From Candidatus Saccharimonadota bacterium (GTDB taxonomy: Bacteria > Patescibacteriota > Gracilibacteria > BD1-5 > UBA6164): 32,000 bases of DNA. Where the stretch lies: NCBI GenBank assembly GCA_963677765.1, contig OY782392.1, forward strand, positions 210,001 through 242,000. The letters run 5' to 3'. The position numbers and the translations under genes are program-made. Of this stretch, positions 29,811 to 32,000 are shown in pieces; positions within the stretch are counted from its first letter, which is position 1, and the number at the start of each line of letters is the position of its first letter. Under the pieces are notes generated by a model that had not been told where the DNA came from, did not search any database, and saw only the letters and a list, made by a program, of their open reading frames with translations.

Positions 29811-30506
29811 ATGCTTAGTCCTAGAAATATTGAAATTTTAAAAATAATAGTTTTAGAATATTTAGAAACTTGATGAGTACTATGAAGCAAAATGCTACTA
29901 AAAAAGTATGACTTATGAGTTTCAAGTGCTACAGTAAGAAATGATATGGCTAGACTTGAAGAATTAGAGTTAGTATATCAACCTTATAATTCAGCTTGAA
30001 GATTACCTACATCAAAATGACTTAGAGCTTTTGTTAATTTTTTGATGCAACAAGTTCCTGAGTATTTTTTAGAAGTTGAAAATATAGAAAATAAAGCATG
30101 AAAAATAAATAATATATGGGATTTTTCAAACAAGATAAGTTTTGAGTTAGCTAAAAACACTTGAGAAATCGCTTTTTTTGCTGTAGAAGAAAAAAATATA
30201 ATGAATTATTCTGGTATTTGATATTTCCTAGAAAATAATCATTCTAGATTATGAAACTCTATTTTTTCTATTATAAAAATGCTTGATGACAAAGATAGTT
30301 TTCTAAACTTCATAAAAAGTTTTCCTATAAATTCAAGCATAGATGTTTTTATATGAGAAGAAAATATACTTCCATTTCTAAAAGACTATACAATTATAAT
30401 AAAAAAAGTTTATATAGATTGAATGGAAGCATATATATGAATTATATGAAGCCTAAAAATGAATTATAGCTTTAATATAAGTGCTGTAAACTGAATAATA
30501 AAATAG
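29811..30506 (+). CDS. hrcA: Heat-inducible transcription repressor HrcA (short form)
   Basis: ATG 29811 (2 nt after the glycosyltransferase stop), TAG 30504-30506, 231 aa. Winged-helix N-terminus YLETGGVLGSKMLLKKYDLGVSSATVRNDMARLEELELVYQPYNSAGRLPTSKGLRAFVNFL and C-terminal GIIGSLKMNYSFNISAVN. Confidence 0.8.
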
Positions 30507-30538
30507 AAGAATAATTTTAAAAATTATTCTTCTATTTT
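30501..30538. terminator. Shared bidirectional terminator between hrcA and the lipoprotein gene
   Basis: 16-bp perfect stem aatagaagaataattt / aaattattcttctatt. The hrcA TAG (30504-30506) lies in the 5' arm and the lipoprotein gene's TAA (30524-30526) lies in the 3' arm. Confidence 0.85.
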
Positions 30539-30712
30539 ATTTATAGACTCTTGTCTTTTATTTAATGTATTAACAACATCTCTAGCATTATCTGGAGCAG
30601 TATCCAAAGTATTTATATAGTTTTCTCAAATATCTTTAGTTTCTTGTATTACTTGTGATTCGCATGAGTATAAAAAACTAATAAATAAAGTTATTAATAA
30701 TGTTTTTTTCAT
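30524..30712 (-). CDS. Small putative lipoprotein
   Basis: ATG 30712, TAA 30524-30526, 62 aa. Starts MKKTLLITLFISFLYSC with a lipobox-like L-Y-S-C. Confidence 0.55.
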
Positions 30713-30720
30713 ATAAATAT

Positions 30721-31656
30721 CTAATTATATTTTAAATCTCATATTATTTTTTTCATATCTGGTTTCAAGTCTCATATGAATTTTTGTTTTTTTCAATATA
30801 AATCAAATTCTAAACTATATGCATGTAAAGCCTGTCTAGATAATCAAAATTTTGAAAATACTAGATTATTGATTTTTTCTTTTGAATAAACTTTATCTCA
30901 TATTATAGGAAATCCTATACTTGATAAATGAACTCTTATTTGATGAGTTCTTCATGTTTCTATATTTACTTTCAAAAGACTATAATTATCCCCTATATAT
31001 CACAACAACTCAGCATTTGTAATAGCTATCTTTGGATTAATAGGATTTTTTGTAGTCATTTTTAATCTATTATTCGGATCTCTTCAAATATAACTCTCTA
31101 TTCTAAATTTATCTTTTGATACTTTTCAATAAACTATAGCTAAATAATTTTTTGTTATTTTTCTATCTTTTATTATTTCTGATAAATAATTCATCATTTT
31201 ATCAGTTTTTGCTATAAGTATAATTCAAGAAGTATCTTTGTCTAACCTATGTACTATTCAAGGTCTTTCAACTCATCATATACTCGGCAAATTATCTTTA
31301 CAATGATATAATATAGCATTAACTAATGTGTTACTATTACCTCATTCTCAAGGTACAGGATGTACATTTATAGAAGAGTCTTTATTTATAATAAGTATTT
31401 CATTATCTTCATATATAATATCTATATCTATTTTTTCTGGTTCTATTTTGTCTAAAGATTTTTTTATAATATGAACCTTTAATTCATCTCTAGATGAAAT
31501 TTTTATATTTTTATTTACTACTTTTCAATTTACAGATAAATTTCATGAATCAATAATTTTTTGTATATAACTTCTAGAAAAATCATTAAAAAGAGTAGAT
31601 AAATAAATATCTACTCTTACTTTTTTTTCAGAATATACACAAAAATTATATATCAT
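30721..31656 (-). CDS. rluD: RluA-family 23S rRNA pseudouridine synthase (RluD-like)
   Basis: ATG 31656, TAG 30721-30723, 311 aa. S4-like N-terminus RVDIYLSTLF..SRSYIQKIID, catalytic HRLDKDTSGIILIAK, and GRTHQIRVHL. Confidence 0.9.
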
Positions 31657-31672
31657 TATTTTATAATTATAA

Positions 31673-32000
31673 TCATAATGATGATTTTATATCATCAATT
31701 TTATCTTGATCTTGATTTTCTTTTTCTTTTGCTTCTATTTCAGCATTATATAAATCACCTAAATCAATCCATTCTGATTGTTGTTTTGCAACAAGTTTTT
31801 TTATATCATCTGGATGTTGTTTAGCTAATTCTCTGAATTTTTCTCTTTCTTCTGTAAAAACTTTTATCAATTCATCAAATTGAAATTGAGACAAAGTAGG
31901 AACAGCATCAATAACTCTCTTTTTTTCCATAGTATTAAGAGAAAGACTATATTTTAATAAGTCTAAAAAATCTTTTTCATCAACTTGAACATCTCAAGAG
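31673..32000 (-). CDS. Hypothetical protein, C-terminal part (frame open to the window end)
   Basis: TAA 31673-31675. The track ORF starts at ATG 31930, but the same frame stays open through a TGA up to position 32000, so the true start may lie outside the window. The C-terminus is K/E/D-rich. Confidence 0.55.

Noticed and set aside
1-32000. Alternative explanation that TGA = Trp (table 4, Mycoplasma/Spiroplasma-like), given the very low GC content.
   Set aside because: TGA sits at invariant Gly positions (P-loops GxxGxGK[ST], GDSGG, MCG of GlmS, LPXTG). TGG is still used at conserved Trp positions, for example W in GIAHTRWATHG and PEWYVIQ of NusG. Substituting Trp would destroy these motifs.

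Overview
This is a very AT-rich bacterial chromosomal segment that is only readable under genetic code 25 (UGA = Gly, with TAA and TAG as the only stops). That points to a Gracilibacteria or Absconditabacteria (SR1) type Patescibacteria/CPR genome. The supplied standard-code ORF track is therefore mostly gene fragments or antisense artefacts. I re-translated both strands by hand with TGA=Gly and checked every start/stop pair for frame (length divisible by 3). This gives 40 tightly packed protein genes plus one tRNA-Gln, with almost no non-coding DNA.

Recognisable housekeeping genes:
- rnr (partial), radA, nhaD-type antiporter, dut, rplU, glmS
- a divergent-PAP2 protein, greA, nusG, secE, recQ, zupT
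- mnmA, a DUF167 protein, a GT4 glycosyltransferase, a short hrcA, rluD

Cell-surface and envelope content:
- two paralogous GspE/PilB-type secretion ATPases, each heading a small operon of unrecognisable proteins
- a type IV pilin
- an FN3 surface protein with an LPQTG sortase signal
- a membrane-anchored LysM-LysM-CHAP peptidoglycan hydrolase
- a membrane-anchored minimal trypsin-like protease
- a ~690-codon secreted protein whose reading frame is broken twice

Convergent genes are separated by strong, often shared, bidirectional rho-independent terminators. I saw no CRISPR array, transposase, integrase or rRNA.

The best candidates for something undescribed are the two PilB-led modules (4236-7136 and 18300-20420), which have uncharacterised partners and no PilC/PilM/PilD nearby. 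I cannot demonstrate novelty without database searches. All calls rest on manual translation and motif recognition. Start codons are less certain than stops.
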